DNA of 64,000 nt, from the IMG/VR virus record IMGVR_UViG_3300029787_000020; one strand, written 5' to 3'. The position numbers and the translations under genes were made by a program. Positions within the stretch are counted from its first letter, which is position 1. Each line of letters begins with the position of its first letter. The stretch is from an uncultured virus (IMG/VR IMGVR_UViG_3300029787_000020) (taxonomy: Duplodnaviria > Heunggongvirae > Uroviricota > Caudoviricetes). Positions 26,515-37,096 of this stretch are shown piece by piece. The notes beneath the pieces are model-generated. The model made no database searches and was not told the DNA's origin. It was given only the letters and a program-made list of their open reading frames with translations.

Positions 26515-26702
26515 CTCTGGCACATGAGAGTTTGGAAAATTATTATCGTACTAATTTTGCCCTCATACAGCACCATAAATATAGCTTAACAGAGCTTGAA
26601 AACATGATACCGTGGGAGAGAGAAATATATGTTTCACTTCTCCAACAATACATCGAAGAAGAAAATTTAAAACAACAGCAAAGTGGCAGCAATTACTCCT
26701 GA
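26511..26702 (+). CDS. gp51: gp51-like baseplate hub assembly segment with no N-terminal ATG (in -1 frame of gp26)
   Basis: LAHESLENYYRTNFALIQHHKYSLTELENMIPWEREIYV; only CTG/TTG near the start; missed by the ORF track. Confidence 0.8.
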   Translation, partial: LALAHESLENYYRTNFALIQHHKYSLTELENMIPWEREIYVSLLQQYIEEENLKQQQSGSNYS

Positions 26703-28065
26703 GATAGTACCATCAAACATTAAATTAAATGTAACCAACGTAAAAAGTATTTTTAACGGTGGCGGTAAGGGAGGTGCTATAACTCGTCGTAGATCAGGAG
26801 ATATTATTCCTAAAGGTGGTGCCATTGTCTCCAAAGGTCGTGCTCTTAATACTGAAAAATTATTTGAATTAAATGATTATGATCCTTTAGAAAAAAGGGT
26901 TGCTGCGAATGAAAAGAAAATAACGATACTCAAAAGAATTATTAAAACCCAACAAAATCCATTTGGTGGTGGCCCTTTGGAAGAAATTAATTCTATTCTT
27001 CAAGATATTGGTAATGCACTATCATTAGATTTTGGGAATAGAATAACACAAAAAAATAATGAAATAGATGCTTTAAGAGAAGGAGCAGAAACTAAAAAAA
27101 GAGGTGGAATAGAGGCAGGATTAGAAACAGTCAATAAAATAACTAGTAAAGTAGGAACAGCATTTAGTGCTGTTACTGCTCCTGCAAGAAATATTCTTGA
27201 TAAAGTTATAGGATTTTTTACTACCTTAGCAACAGGATTTTTAGCGGATAAGGCATTAACATGGTTGTCAGAAAATAAAGATAAAGTAACAGGATTTTTT
27301 GGATTTTTACAAGATCATGGAAAGAAAATTTTAATTGGTCTTGGAGTTCTTGTTGGTGGTGTTATTGCCGTTAAACTTGTTAAAAAAGTTAGGCAAGTTA
27401 TTAGATTTCTTAAAACTAGTTTAGTCATTGTTAAGAATGCTCTTAGAATAGCAAGAATGTTGCTAAGATTTGGCCCTAAAGCATTAGGAAAAGTTGGTAA
27501 AGTTCTTAATACTAGTACTAAAATTGCTCCTAAAGTAACTCAAAAAACAACTCAAAAAATTGCTACAAAAGTAGCAAAAAAAGGTGGATTTAAAGCTTTG
27601 GGTATGTTCCCAATTATTGGAAATGTGATTGATTTGGGAATGGCTGTTTATCGTGCTTCTAAAGGTGACTTTACTGGTGCTGCACTTTCATTGGGTAGTG
27701 CTATTCCTGGCCCTATTGGTTATACTATTGCTGCAGCAGATATTGCAAGAGATGTAATATCTCCTTCTGAAGACAGACCTAAAGGCACACTGGGAACAGT
27801 TGCCGATACTTATAGTGATTTGGTCAATACCACTACCAATATGGATTTTTCTGGAAATGTTAAATCACAAAATCTTCAACAATCTACAAGAAATAATGTA
27901 ACAATAATGGATACTATAAAAGTTTCTGATATGGTTAATAATCAGGGTACTGCTAATCCAAATATGGGTGGTGATAGTGAAAATTCCATACCTTTTGTTG
28001 GGGCAGAGGATGTTTCAAATTCTTATATACCTCTTACAAAAGATCTTTTGGGGGTATATGACTAA
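26683..28065 (+). CDS. Helical tail protein, putative tape-measure/hub (gp29-like)
   Basis: Amphipathic helices, PIIG..IDLGMAVYR..GD.TGA.L motif; follows gp51. Confidence 0.55.
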   Translation: MAAITPEIVPSNIKLNVTNVKSIFNGGGKGGAITRRRSGDIIPKGGAIVSKGRALNTEKLFELNDYDPLEKRVAANEKKITILKRIIKTQQNPFGGGPLEEINSILQDIGNALSLDFGNRITQKNNEIDALREGAETKKRGGIEAGLETVNKITSKVGTAFSAVTAPARNILDKVIGFFTTLATGFLADKALTWLSENKDKVTGFFGFLQDHGKKILIGLGVLVGGVIAVKLVKKVRQVIRFLKTSLVIVKNALRIARMLLRFGPKALGKVGKVLNTSTKIAPKVTQKTTQKIATKVAKKGGFKALGMFPIIGNVIDLGMAVYRASKGDFTGAALSLGSAIPGPIGYTIAAADIARDVISPSEDRPKGTLGTVADTYSDLVNTTTNMDFSGNVKSQNLQQSTRNNVTIMDTIKVSDMVNNQGTANPNMGGDSENSIPFVGAEDVSNSYIPLTKDLLGVYD

Positions 28066-29072
28066 TGGCCATCACATCTGCAAAACTAAAAATTACTGCT
28101 GTTAATATTAGAAGTGTGTTGAATAAAAATACCAAAACATTAGAAAAATTAAATTCTAAAAAAACAACTTTATCACGCAAATTAAGATTAAAAGCAGAGA
28201 GAGATGCAGCTGAAACAAATATAGAAAAGAAACCAAAAAAAGGCCCATTAAAAAGTATTCTATCCAATATATCAACTACTGTTATGAGTATAAAAGATAA
28301 AATATTAAATTTCTTTGGTTATCTTTTAATGGGAATGTTGGTTAAAAATCTACCCATAGTCATAGAAAAATTAAAATCTGCTTATGAATTTGTAAAACCT
28401 TTGATTGAAACTGCTTGGAAAGTTATAAGTTTTATTGGTAAATCTTTGTTTAAATTTGGTGGATGGATATCTGGATTATTTAATCGTAAAAAAGCAGAGG
28501 AAAACACCGATCTTTTATATGATAATTCTACTGTTTTGGAAGAAGAAATAGATACTATCAATATTGATAATTCAGAAGATAATATTCAGGAATCGACAAC
28601 AGAATTAAAACCAAAACCTCTTTCCACAGATGAAATTCGTGCTGCTAATCCAGAAGTTGTATCAGGTACTCGTATAAATGAAATTGGTGCACTGGGAGGA
28701 GGAAAACCTTCCAGTGGAGACTTATCCATGTTTAAGGATAAATCAAAACCCCAATCAGAGACTACACCAAAAATGAATATAAATTCACAGATTGGTGATA
28801 TAGTAAATGATAATAAAATTAATAAGATTATTCATAAGACAAATATGTCGTCATCTATTTTTAATAATGAGACTTCAAAAAAAGTGGTATCAAAAATTGA
28901 AAATAAAAATTCTAAAAATTTAGTAGGAAACCTTGATGATAAAACTAATACTGTAATAATTCCCATCGAAGTTGAAAAAATAATTCCAACAAATAAATCT
29001 AATGGGGGATCTAATACCATAAATTCAGTTGAACCATTAGCATCTGTTGGATCAGATATGAGGATGCCATAA
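28065..29072 (+). CDS. Second helical tail protein, paralogous to the preceding gene
   Basis: KLKITAVNIRSVL and DKILNFFGYLLMGML resemble KLNVTNVKSIF and DKVIGFFTTLATGFL. Confidence 0.55.
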   Translation: MAITSAKLKITAVNIRSVLNKNTKTLEKLNSKKTTLSRKLRLKAERDAAETNIEKKPKKGPLKSILSNISTTVMSIKDKILNFFGYLLMGMLVKNLPIVIEKLKSAYEFVKPLIETAWKVISFIGKSLFKFGGWISGLFNRKKAEENTDLLYDNSTVLEEEIDTINIDNSEDNIQESTTELKPKPLSTDEIRAANPEVVSGTRINEIGALGGGKPSSGDLSMFKDKSKPQSETTPKMNINSQIGDIVNDNKINKIIHKTNMSSSIFNNETSKKVVSKIENKNSKNLVGNLDDKTNTVIIPIEVEKIIPTNKSNGGSNTINSVEPLASVGSDMRMP

Positions 29073-30469
29073 TGTCAGTACAATCATCAAAATATAGTAT
29101 ATTTAAAATCATATCTGCTGATGGTAAAAATGAGGTGGATTTTGCACAGGGTCAATTTAGAATTGCTAATTTTTACTATTATGAAAATGTATTATCACCA
29201 TTTATAACAGGAATAGTTACAATTGTAAGTACAAGTGCAGTTACTCAATCTAAGGATGATACGCAGGAGAGAGTTGGATCTTTACATACTTCACTTCCAT
29301 TGGAAGTAGGTTGTGAACTCTTGATAAAAATTGAAGATCCTATAGGAGAGGGATTGGATTTTTCATCTAAAAAAGATCCATTTAAAAGATTGTATGTTAA
29401 TGAAGTTCAAATTATAGATAAAAAATCAACTTCTGAAATTATTCAAATAAGATTTATATCTAGAATAGGATTATTAAATAATACAAAAAGACTTACTAAA
29501 CATTACACAGGTAAAATTACAAATTCTATAGAAAAAATTCTTAAAAATGAATTTAAATTAGATACGGATAGAATTAATATTGATGATTGTAGTAATCCAT
29601 ACTCCTTTGCTGGAATGACAAAAAGGCCTTTTGATTTAATTCTTATGCTTGCAAAACAATCAGTACCAGAAAATACTTCAAATCCTGGTTATTTTGCTTA
29701 TGAAACAAAAAGTGGTTTCAATTATGTTTCTGTTGATTCAATTATTAATAATGATCCATATGACAAAACATATCATTATGATGGTAAAGTTCAATCAACA
29801 TCACAAACTAGGGATGAAAGTAATGATTATAAGATAGCATCTTTACAAGTAATAAAGGATCAGAATTTAATGTCTCAAATTAGATCTGGTGTATATGCAA
29901 ATAAAACTATATTTTTCAATCCCCAAACTTACAAGTTTACAGAAATTGATGTTACTGTTGATGATGGAAGATTATATAAAGATCCAAAATTTTCTACGCT
30001 AGGAAAAAAACCAGAAATTCCTAAAATATTATCTGAAAATTTTGAACAAGGAAATAAATTTCATAGAGTGCAAACTGCAGTATTAAATATCGGAGGTGAA
30101 TCTGAAAGTATTAATCCTAATAATAGTCCTGAGTTATACTATGCTGCTGGAACCACTAGATATAATATGCTTTTTTCACAAAAACACTCTATAACAATTC
30201 CTTGCAATACTGATCTGGAAGCAGGTAATACTTTACGTCTTGAAATTGAAGATATCACTGATAAAAAAGAACAAGGGCCAGATCAAAAACAAAGTGGTGT
30301 TTATATTATTTCATCTTTATGCCATTATTTTGAATCAGAAAAATCTGTAACTTCGTTAACTTTAGTACGTGATTCCTATGGATTGCATGCTTCTAAAAAT
30401 TCATCTAAATCTAATGCATCAACTAAATTTAGTAATAAAAGTAGAACTAGACGTGGAGGTAGAAGATAA
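29072..30469 (+). CDS. Baseplate hub protein (gp27-like)
   Basis: YYENVLSPFITG, GYFAYETKSGFNY, SGVYIISSLCH, LTLVRDSYG; precedes gp5. Confidence 0.7.
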   Translation: MSVQSSKYSIFKIISADGKNEVDFAQGQFRIANFYYYENVLSPFITGIVTIVSTSAVTQSKDDTQERVGSLHTSLPLEVGCELLIKIEDPIGEGLDFSSKKDPFKRLYVNEVQIIDKKSTSEIIQIRFISRIGLLNNTKRLTKHYTGKITNSIEKILKNEFKLDTDRINIDDCSNPYSFAGMTKRPFDLILMLAKQSVPENTSNPGYFAYETKSGFNYVSVDSIINNDPYDKTYHYDGKVQSTSQTRDESNDYKIASLQVIKDQNLMSQIRSGVYANKTIFFNPQTYKFTEIDVTVDDGRLYKDPKFSTLGKKPEIPKILSENFEQGNKFHRVQTAVLNIGGESESINPNNSPELYYAAGTTRYNMLFSQKHSITIPCNTDLEAGNTLRLEIEDITDKKEQGPDQKQSGVYIISSLCHYFESEKSVTSLTLVRDSYGLHASKNSSKSNASTKFSNKSRTRRGGRR

Positions 30470-33129
30470 TGTTGTATAATTCTGTATCAGATCATGACTT
30501 TTATGGACTTGCAACTCATGAATGGATTGGTATTATTTTACCTTATGAATCTCAAAAAAATCAAATTGATGGTAATTCTGGTTTCGGATATAGATTTAGA
30601 GTCGCAATCATGGGATATCATCCTTTAGATAGTTCAATAAAAGATGAAGAAATAGTTTTTGCTCTGGTTGCTCTTGGTGTCTCTGATGGAAGTGGTGCAG
30701 CAGGTAGAAAAAAAGATCCAGCACTATCTCAAGGTGATGTTGTTCTTGGTAAATTTTTAGATGGTGATCGAAAACAAAATCCTATAATATTGAATGTTTT
30801 AGGTAGATCTTCGGGTATTAGATATGGTAAAGGTAGATTTGATTCAAAAACTGGATTTGTTGGATCAACTAAGAAAGGTAATTTACTTAATGCTATTGCT
30901 AATCAAAATGAAGAAACAAATGAAAATATTGGGTTAAATTCTCCTAGAGCTGTATCATCATCAAATAATAAAAGACAACCACCCATAGAACAGATGGCTC
31001 AACAGGGATTAAATCCTAATGTACTACCATCGAATGTTAAATTAGCAACACCACCACCAAAAAATTTAGATCAAACAACTATTAACACTGTTAAAAATTT
31101 AATAGAAGCAAATCCTCCCTCGGAAAAAATACAAAATGCTATAAAAGGATATAAAAATACATATCCAGAAGTTTTTAATGATGTTTCACCAATAGATAAT
31201 GATTTACTTTCTTCAGAAGAACAAATAAAAAGATTTAATTTAATTAAAACTCATAGAACAGTACCAGTGCCTGATAGTATTACCACTGGATTTCATATTG
31301 TTTCCCCAAATGCATGTAAAGATAGCACATTTGATCAAATGGAATCTAATTTGAAGAATTTTTTTAGTAAAATTAATGCTCCTGGAAGTTCATCACTAAA
31401 CTTACCTAATGAGATTAAACAAATGTCTAAGGTAATGAGTCGTGGTATGAATGGTTATGTTAATAAAATAACTGGTTCTTTAAATGATAAAATGGCAGGA
31501 TTGATGAGTTCTGGATTTGATGGAATAGCAACATCTTATCAAACACAAGCAGATTTGGGATTGATACCTTATAGTAAAGCTATTGAGTTAATTAAAGCAG
31601 AGCAAGAGGGTCTTCTGCCTTCTATTAGTTCATTATTAGATGGAGTCAATTGTGTAGGCCCAAAAATAATGAATGCCTTGACTGATACTTTAAGTGATTT
31701 ACTCACATCAGCAATGAAAAATGTAACTAATGTCCCTGCATGTGCTGTGGAACAAATGATGGGTGCTGTTACTCATGAAATCGCAAATACCATAGATGAT
31801 GCCATAACTCCACTTTTAACACCTCTTACAGGAAAGTTTGGAATAGACTTTGATATACAGGAATTTGTGCTTGGTGGTGTAGATGTTTTTAAAAGAGTAG
31901 ATGCTTTCCTTAGTTGTGATGACAAACAAAATTGTTCTTCCACTGATAAAACCATAATTGGTAAAGGTAACCAAATGGTTAAGGGAGTCGGTGATCTTAA
32001 ATCAAATTTTAAAAATGTTTTTGATGGTAATAGTTTAAATACTCTTTCTAATGCATCAAATAAAATTAAAACTCCTTTTGAAGAAAAATATGGTTCTTGG
32101 GATATTTTTGGAGGTTCTTCGTCAAATACAACATCTTTAAGTTCTTGTAATACTGGAAATCCTTTTAAATGTGGAGCTCCAACTGTTGATATATTTGGTG
32201 GTGAAGGTGTGGGTGCAGCTGGTAAAATTATTTTTGGAAAATTTATTAATAGATTAGATACTGAAGATATATTTGCTGCAGTAAAAAGAACTGCAAGTAT
32301 TGTTGGTGTTGAAATAACTGATCCTGGAAGTGGATACACGGAAGATCCAATAGTAAAGTTTAATGATAATTGTAATCAGGGGTTTGGAGCATATGCTAGA
32401 GCACACATAGATTCTAATCCACAATCTCCTACATATGGACAACTCTCTAGTATAACAATACTCACTTCTGGTGAAAATTATCCCGTAGAAGATGATGAGA
32501 CACCTTTATTCATAAGTAAAGTTATTATTGAAAATCAAGGTGAAGGATATAACGAAAATGATACTTTAGAAAATTTTAATTTGAACATAATTGATGGTAG
32601 AATTGTAGGAGGTAAAATGATTAATGATATTCCTTATGACGATTTACCTAATCTAAATATTAATAGTGATACTGGAGTTGGTGCTATCTTAAGACCAATA
32701 ATGTCTAAAACAAGACCTCAAGGTGAAGTTGTTCAAGTTATAGATTGTATTAGTGGTAAGAGAGAGTTAGTCGGTTATGTAAATGGTGTTTCATATTATG
32801 GCCCATTTCATTTCCATCCAACAACTGGTGTAAAGATGGTTGGTGTCGTACACACAACCTTACCTCATGAAATAATCTATGATACTCCAGAACAAAGTTT
32901 TGGAACAGCAGTTAGTGTTGCGTCTACAATGACAGTATCTTCATCCCCACAGACAAATGTTTCCAGCACCACAACCCAGACTACTACAAGTAGCACTACT
33001 CAAACTAACACAACTAACAACACAAGTCAGCAAACGACTGGACAGAGTAACACTTCTGTTTCTGATAACACTTCTAGTGATAGCGGGTCTTCGGGATCAG
33101 GTGGGAGTGGATACGGAGGAGGATACTAA
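30469..33129 (+). CDS. gp5: Baseplate hub/spike protein with gp5 N-terminal OB fold
   Basis: WIG..GYRFRVAIMGYHP..GDVVLGKFLDGDRKQNPIILNVL; no lysozyme domain seen; S/T/G-rich tail. Confidence 0.75.
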   Translation: MLYNSVSDHDFYGLATHEWIGIILPYESQKNQIDGNSGFGYRFRVAIMGYHPLDSSIKDEEIVFALVALGVSDGSGAAGRKKDPALSQGDVVLGKFLDGDRKQNPIILNVLGRSSGIRYGKGRFDSKTGFVGSTKKGNLLNAIANQNEETNENIGLNSPRAVSSSNNKRQPPIEQMAQQGLNPNVLPSNVKLATPPPKNLDQTTINTVKNLIEANPPSEKIQNAIKGYKNTYPEVFNDVSPIDNDLLSSEEQIKRFNLIKTHRTVPVPDSITTGFHIVSPNACKDSTFDQMESNLKNFFSKINAPGSSSLNLPNEIKQMSKVMSRGMNGYVNKITGSLNDKMAGLMSSGFDGIATSYQTQADLGLIPYSKAIELIKAEQEGLLPSISSLLDGVNCVGPKIMNALTDTLSDLLTSAMKNVTNVPACAVEQMMGAVTHEIANTIDDAITPLLTPLTGKFGIDFDIQEFVLGGVDVFKRVDAFLSCDDKQNCSSTDKTIIGKGNQMVKGVGDLKSNFKNVFDGNSLNTLSNASNKIKTPFEEKYGSWDIFGGSSSNTTSLSSCNTGNPFKCGAPTVDIFGGEGVGAAGKIIFGKFINRLDTEDIFAAVKRTASIVGVEITDPGSGYTEDPIVKFNDNCNQGFGAYARAHIDSNPQSPTYGQLSSITILTSGENYPVEDDETPLFISKVIIENQGEGYNENDTLENFNLNIIDGRIVGGKMINDIPYDDLPNLNINSDTGVGAILRPIMSKTRPQGEVVQVIDCISGKRELVGYVNGVSYYGPFHFHPTTGVKMVGVVHTTLPHEIIYDTPEQSFGTAVSVASTMTVSSSPQTNVSSTTTQTTTSSTTQTNTTNNTSQQTTGQSNTSVSDNTSSDSGSSGSGGSGYGGGY

Positions 33130-33163
33130 TGTCTAATCAACTTAGAGATTATGTGAGTTAATT

Positions 33164-33697
33164 ATGAATGAAGACGCTAGAAGACAGGAAGTAATTGGCC
33201 AAAAGTTATATTTGGAGACCGATAATCCCAATAATAGTGATTTTGGCCCAGAGGCTTTTGCTATTAAAGGTACTAATGACGACGGATGTAGATTTGTATT
33301 AGCTCACCATGAGTCTAATACCACTAGAATAGAATCTGAAGGAGATATATTACTTAATGCTGGAGTAAAAAGTAAAAATTTTGGAACAAGTTTAAATGTA
33401 ATATCACATGGAGGAGATATTCAAGTAAACTCTACCATGGCTGGAATTGGTATTAAGGCAAGTGATGAACTTATATTAGAAGCAGATAAAATTATACTTA
33501 AAGCAAATAAAATTCAGATAGGTGATCAATTTTCTCATGGAACTAAAGAAATTACATTAAATGCAACCAGAATACAAGTTGATGGTAAAAAAGGCAATTT
33601 ACCAAATCATTTAAAATTGAGTTGGGGTTCCGCAATTTCTTTTGGGCCTGGTGGTTTTGTTGGTCAATCAGTCGCAGATAAATTTTTTAGTAGATAA
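33164..33697 (+). CDS. Putative spike beta-helix protein (gp5 C-terminal-like)
   Basis: Short beta-repeats GDILLNA, GDIQVNS, LILEADKIILKA; follows gp5. Confidence 0.5.
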   Translation: MNEDARRQEVIGQKLYLETDNPNNSDFGPEAFAIKGTNDDGCRFVLAHHESNTTRIESEGDILLNAGVKSKNFGTSLNVISHGGDIQVNSTMAGIGIKASDELILEADKIILKANKIQIGDQFSHGTKEITLNATRIQVDGKKGNLPNHLKLSWGSAISFGPGGFVGQSVADKFFSR

Positions 33698-33699
33698 TA

Positions 33700-36600
33700 A
33701 TGGCTAACGTTAACGCTGACTTTAATCAATCAGGTAATTCCGTATTTGAGAACGTTTATATTACGGGATCACTGGATTATGATTTTAGTAATGATGATTT
33801 AACTATTAGAAAATTAGATGTATATGAGTCATTTTTTGAAAATATATTAATAAAGGATCTTACTGTTTCAGCAGGTTCTTCTTTTTCTGGCATAGCAACT
33901 TTTAGTGATGAAGTACATATAGAAGATTGGATTTATCACAACAATGATTTTACTGAAGGTGAAGAAACAATAAATCCTAAAACTGGTAGAAAGGTATTAG
34001 ATACTAAATTTGGTTTTCCTTTTGAAAATACCTTTGCTATAAACACCAATAATGTAGAAAGATTAATTATAAATCCTGAAGGATTTGTTGGCATTGCAAC
34101 TACAAATCCAACACAAAGATTTCAGATAAATTCTGGTGCTTATTCCCTTGTGGTTACAGGTCTTGGTACATTGGGTGTTGGAACTGAAAGTCCTGGTGAT
34201 TTTGGTATTAATAATGCAGAATATGGTCAATTAAAAGCAGATTTTGATGGAAGTATAAGAATAGCTAGAAATATTTACGATTCATCAGGTTCTGCAGGTC
34301 AAAACAATTATTGGATGAGACGAGATGAAAATGGAATAAGATGGGTACCACTTACACCAGAGTTTAAAGAAGGTATTTTTATTCAAGATGAAGGAGTAGA
34401 TATTCCATCCGCAGGTGCTGCACAATCATTCACAACAATAAACTTTAAACAAAAAAATAGTTTAGGTTTGGGAGTTGATACACTTATTCCTACAGCAGGT
34501 GATACTACTACAGCATCAGGTAGTGGTCTAGCAACGGTTACTACTTTTGATTTATGGGGTCATACTGATTCTACTAATACATCTTCAATCTACAGGATGA
34601 CTAAGGTTGGTATTAAAAATAGTAGTCCATCAACTGATTTAGATGTAACGGGAACTGTTCATTTTAGTGACACACTTGATGTTGATGGTGGAGTAACTTT
34701 CAATTCAACTTTAGATGTTGATGGTGCTACAACTTTAAACAGTACACTTGATGTTGATGGTAATACAACCTTAAATTTGGGATTAGATGTTGATGGTGCT
34801 ACAACTTTAAACAGTACACTTGATGTTGATGGTAATACAACCTTAAATTCAGGATTAGATGTTGATGGTGCTACAACTTTAAACAGTACACTTGATGTTG
34901 ATGGACTAGTAACATTTAATGATGTAACTGATGCATCAAGTACCACTTCAGCTTCAGTTCAGATTGATGGTGGTGTTGGTATTGTAAAAAATCTAAGAAT
35001 AGGTGGTGATTTATTTTTACCTGATGATAAAAAAGCACTTTTTGGTGGTGATGAGGATTTAGAAATATTCCATCAATCTTCAGATAATACTTCAAGAATA
35101 TTAAGTGATAATAAAAATTTATTAATATATACCACTGGTTCAGCCAATGTAAGTATTTTATCTAACAGTAAAAATGCTGTTGTAGCTAGTCCTAATTCAG
35201 ATGTTGCATTATATTTTGATAATGTACTTAAGTTCAGAACTACAGGGATTGGGGCTTCTGTTGTAGGAAGTTTGGAAATAAAAGATGATTTAGAAGTTCT
35301 AGGTGTTTCTACAGTTGTGGGAATTGCCACATTTAAAGATGATGTAGGAATTGCCAAGACTTTATTTTTAAAGTCTTTCTTAAGAGATAGTAATAACAAT
35401 ACTGGTGTAGGTATTGCTAAAACAGATTATCGTTTGGCATCTGTTGGTTCTGGTGTATCATGGAGACCATCTGGTGTTGAAACTGAAAATGCTATTTGGG
35501 TTTCGGTTGATGGTATTGATACTAATAGTGGATTACTTGAAGGTGATGCAAAAAGGACAATTGGTGCAGCTGCAGCAATAGCACAAGAAGGGGATACTAT
35601 TATTATTCGTTCTGGTACTTATGTTGAGAATAATCCAATTGGATTAAGAACTGATGTCTCAGTTTCTGGCGAAGACTTAAGACTCGTAACCATAGTTCCT
35701 CAAAATAGGAATAAAGATGTTTTTCATGTTAGAAGAGGTTGTCTAATACAAAATGTCAACTTTTCAGGCTTAGTTAATGATGGTCAGAGTGGAGTTTCAT
35801 ATGATCATTCTAATTGTGGTGCTGTTGCATTTCCCCCAACAGAATCAGGAATTGCTGGTGGGGTAGACTTTCAGGCGGTAACTGGATACACAGATTTTGG
35901 TCCTGCAAATGAAGGTGTTGCTGGTAGATGGAGATCTCCATATATTCGTAACTGTACTAATTTTATGACAGGCAGTATAGGTATGAAAATAAATGGTGAT
36001 TATGCTAAAGCTAATTTCACAGGAACAAATAACTTAGGTCAAGATTTAAAATCAATGGTTTGTGATTCATTCACTCAATATAATGAAGCAGGTATTGGTG
36101 TTTCTCTTACTAATAATGCATATGCTCAATTAGTTTCTATATTTACAATTGCAACTGAAGTTGGTATTGCTGCTAATAGTGGTGGTCAATGTGATTTAAC
36201 AAACTCTAATTCATCATTCGGTACTTTTGGTTTGGTTGCTGATGGTTTTGGTCGTGTAGAATTTTCAGGATTTACATTAGAGGATATTCCTGCAGAATTA
36301 GATGTGGTGATTGTAAATGGTGTTGTTGATGATGAAAATAATTTTAGAAAACCATTTGATGGTCAGGGTGTTTATTTCCACATTAATTTAGTTGATTTTG
36401 ATGATACAACTGTTTCTGGTATAGTTACACAACCTCTTCAATTAGTTAGAGGTATTACTGTTACTAATGGGGGAGTAAATGGAGAATATAGTGCAGGAGC
36501 ACCTCCTATTGTTACTGTCAATACTCCATTAGGGCCAGAGGCAATTCTTCCTGAATTTTCTCCAAATGTGAGTGCTGCAGGAACAATTACTTCAATTGAT

Positions 36601-37095
36601 GTTATTAATAGTGGTAGAAATTTTCTTCCAAATCAAGCAATAAATGTTACTATTTCTGGTGGTGGTTCTGCAACAGCAATCGCTGATATGGATCCAATAT
36701 TATTTACTGTTGACAGTTCGACTGAACCAGATCCTACAACTGGATTATGTGATGTAACATTTAATGAATTTATACCTTACCCAGTTTTTGGAGGAACAAA
36801 AGTTGAATTTGTAAGAATTAGTAGAATTATCACTAGTTCTCATTCCTTTGAGTATGTCGGTGCTGGTACAGACATAAATAGAGCAAACCCCTTCCAAGGA
36901 GGAGTACCTATTCCTGAAAATGAAATTGTTGCAATTAATGGTGGTCAAGTGCCTTTCACAAGTACGGATCAAAAAGGTAACTTCCGTATTGGTGATGGTC
37001 TAACAATTGATCAGACTACATCAACAATTCGAGGAAGAGATTTTAACAGAGCACTTCAGGCACAAATAACACCTTTAATATTAGCATTGAGATAA
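33700..37095 (+). CDS. Virion structural protein, module B gene 1 (paralog of 4127..6625)
   Basis: VSGEDLR, SPYIRNCTN, CDSFTQYN, SSHSFEYVG, TSTDQKGNFRIG, TPLILAL. Confidence 0.8.
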   Translation: MANVNADFNQSGNSVFENVYITGSLDYDFSNDDLTIRKLDVYESFFENILIKDLTVSAGSSFSGIATFSDEVHIEDWIYHNNDFTEGEETINPKTGRKVLDTKFGFPFENTFAINTNNVERLIINPEGFVGIATTNPTQRFQINSGAYSLVVTGLGTLGVGTESPGDFGINNAEYGQLKADFDGSIRIARNIYDSSGSAGQNNYWMRRDENGIRWVPLTPEFKEGIFIQDEGVDIPSAGAAQSFTTINFKQKNSLGLGVDTLIPTAGDTTTASGSGLATVTTFDLWGHTDSTNTSSIYRMTKVGIKNSSPSTDLDVTGTVHFSDTLDVDGGVTFNSTLDVDGATTLNSTLDVDGNTTLNLGLDVDGATTLNSTLDVDGNTTLNSGLDVDGATTLNSTLDVDGLVTFNDVTDASSTTSASVQIDGGVGIVKNLRIGGDLFLPDDKKALFGGDEDLEIFHQSSDNTSRILSDNKNLLIYTTGSANVSILSNSKNAVVASPNSDVALYFDNVLKFRTTGIGASVVGSLEIKDDLEVLGVSTVVGIATFKDDVGIAKTLFLKSFLRDSNNNTGVGIAKTDYRLASVGSGVSWRPSGVETENAIWVSVDGIDTNSGLLEGDAKRTIGAAAAIAQEGDTIIIRSGTYVENNPIGLRTDVSVSGEDLRLVTIVPQNRNKDVFHVRRGCLIQNVNFSGLVNDGQSGVSYDHSNCGAVAFPPTESGIAGGVDFQAVTGYTDFGPANEGVAGRWRSPYIRNCTNFMTGSIGMKINGDYAKANFTGTNNLGQDLKSMVCDSFTQYNEAGIGVSLTNNAYAQLVSIFTIATEVGIAANSGGQCDLTNSNSSFGTFGLVADGFGRVEFSGFTLEDIPAELDVVIVNGVVDDENNFRKPFDGQGVYFHINLVDFDDTTVSGIVTQPLQLVRGITVTNGGVNGEYSAGAPPIVTVNTPLGPEAILPEFSPNVSAAGTITSIDVINSGRNFLPNQAINVTISGGGSATAIADMDPILFTVDSSTEPDPTTGLCDVTFNEFIPYPVFGGTKVEFVRISRIITSSHSFEYVGAGTDINRANPFQGGVPIPENEIVAINGGQVPFTSTDQKGNFRIGDGLTIDQTTSTIRGRDFNRALQAQITPLILALR
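34672..34923 (+). repeat. Seven 36-nt tandem repeats (LDVDGxTTLNS)
   Basis: 12-aa period with a 72-nt higher-order alternation. Confidence 0.92.
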
Positions 37096-37096
37096 T

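Noticed and set aside
34672..34923. 36-nt repeats as a CRISPR array
   Set aside because: In-frame coding tandem repeats without unique spacers
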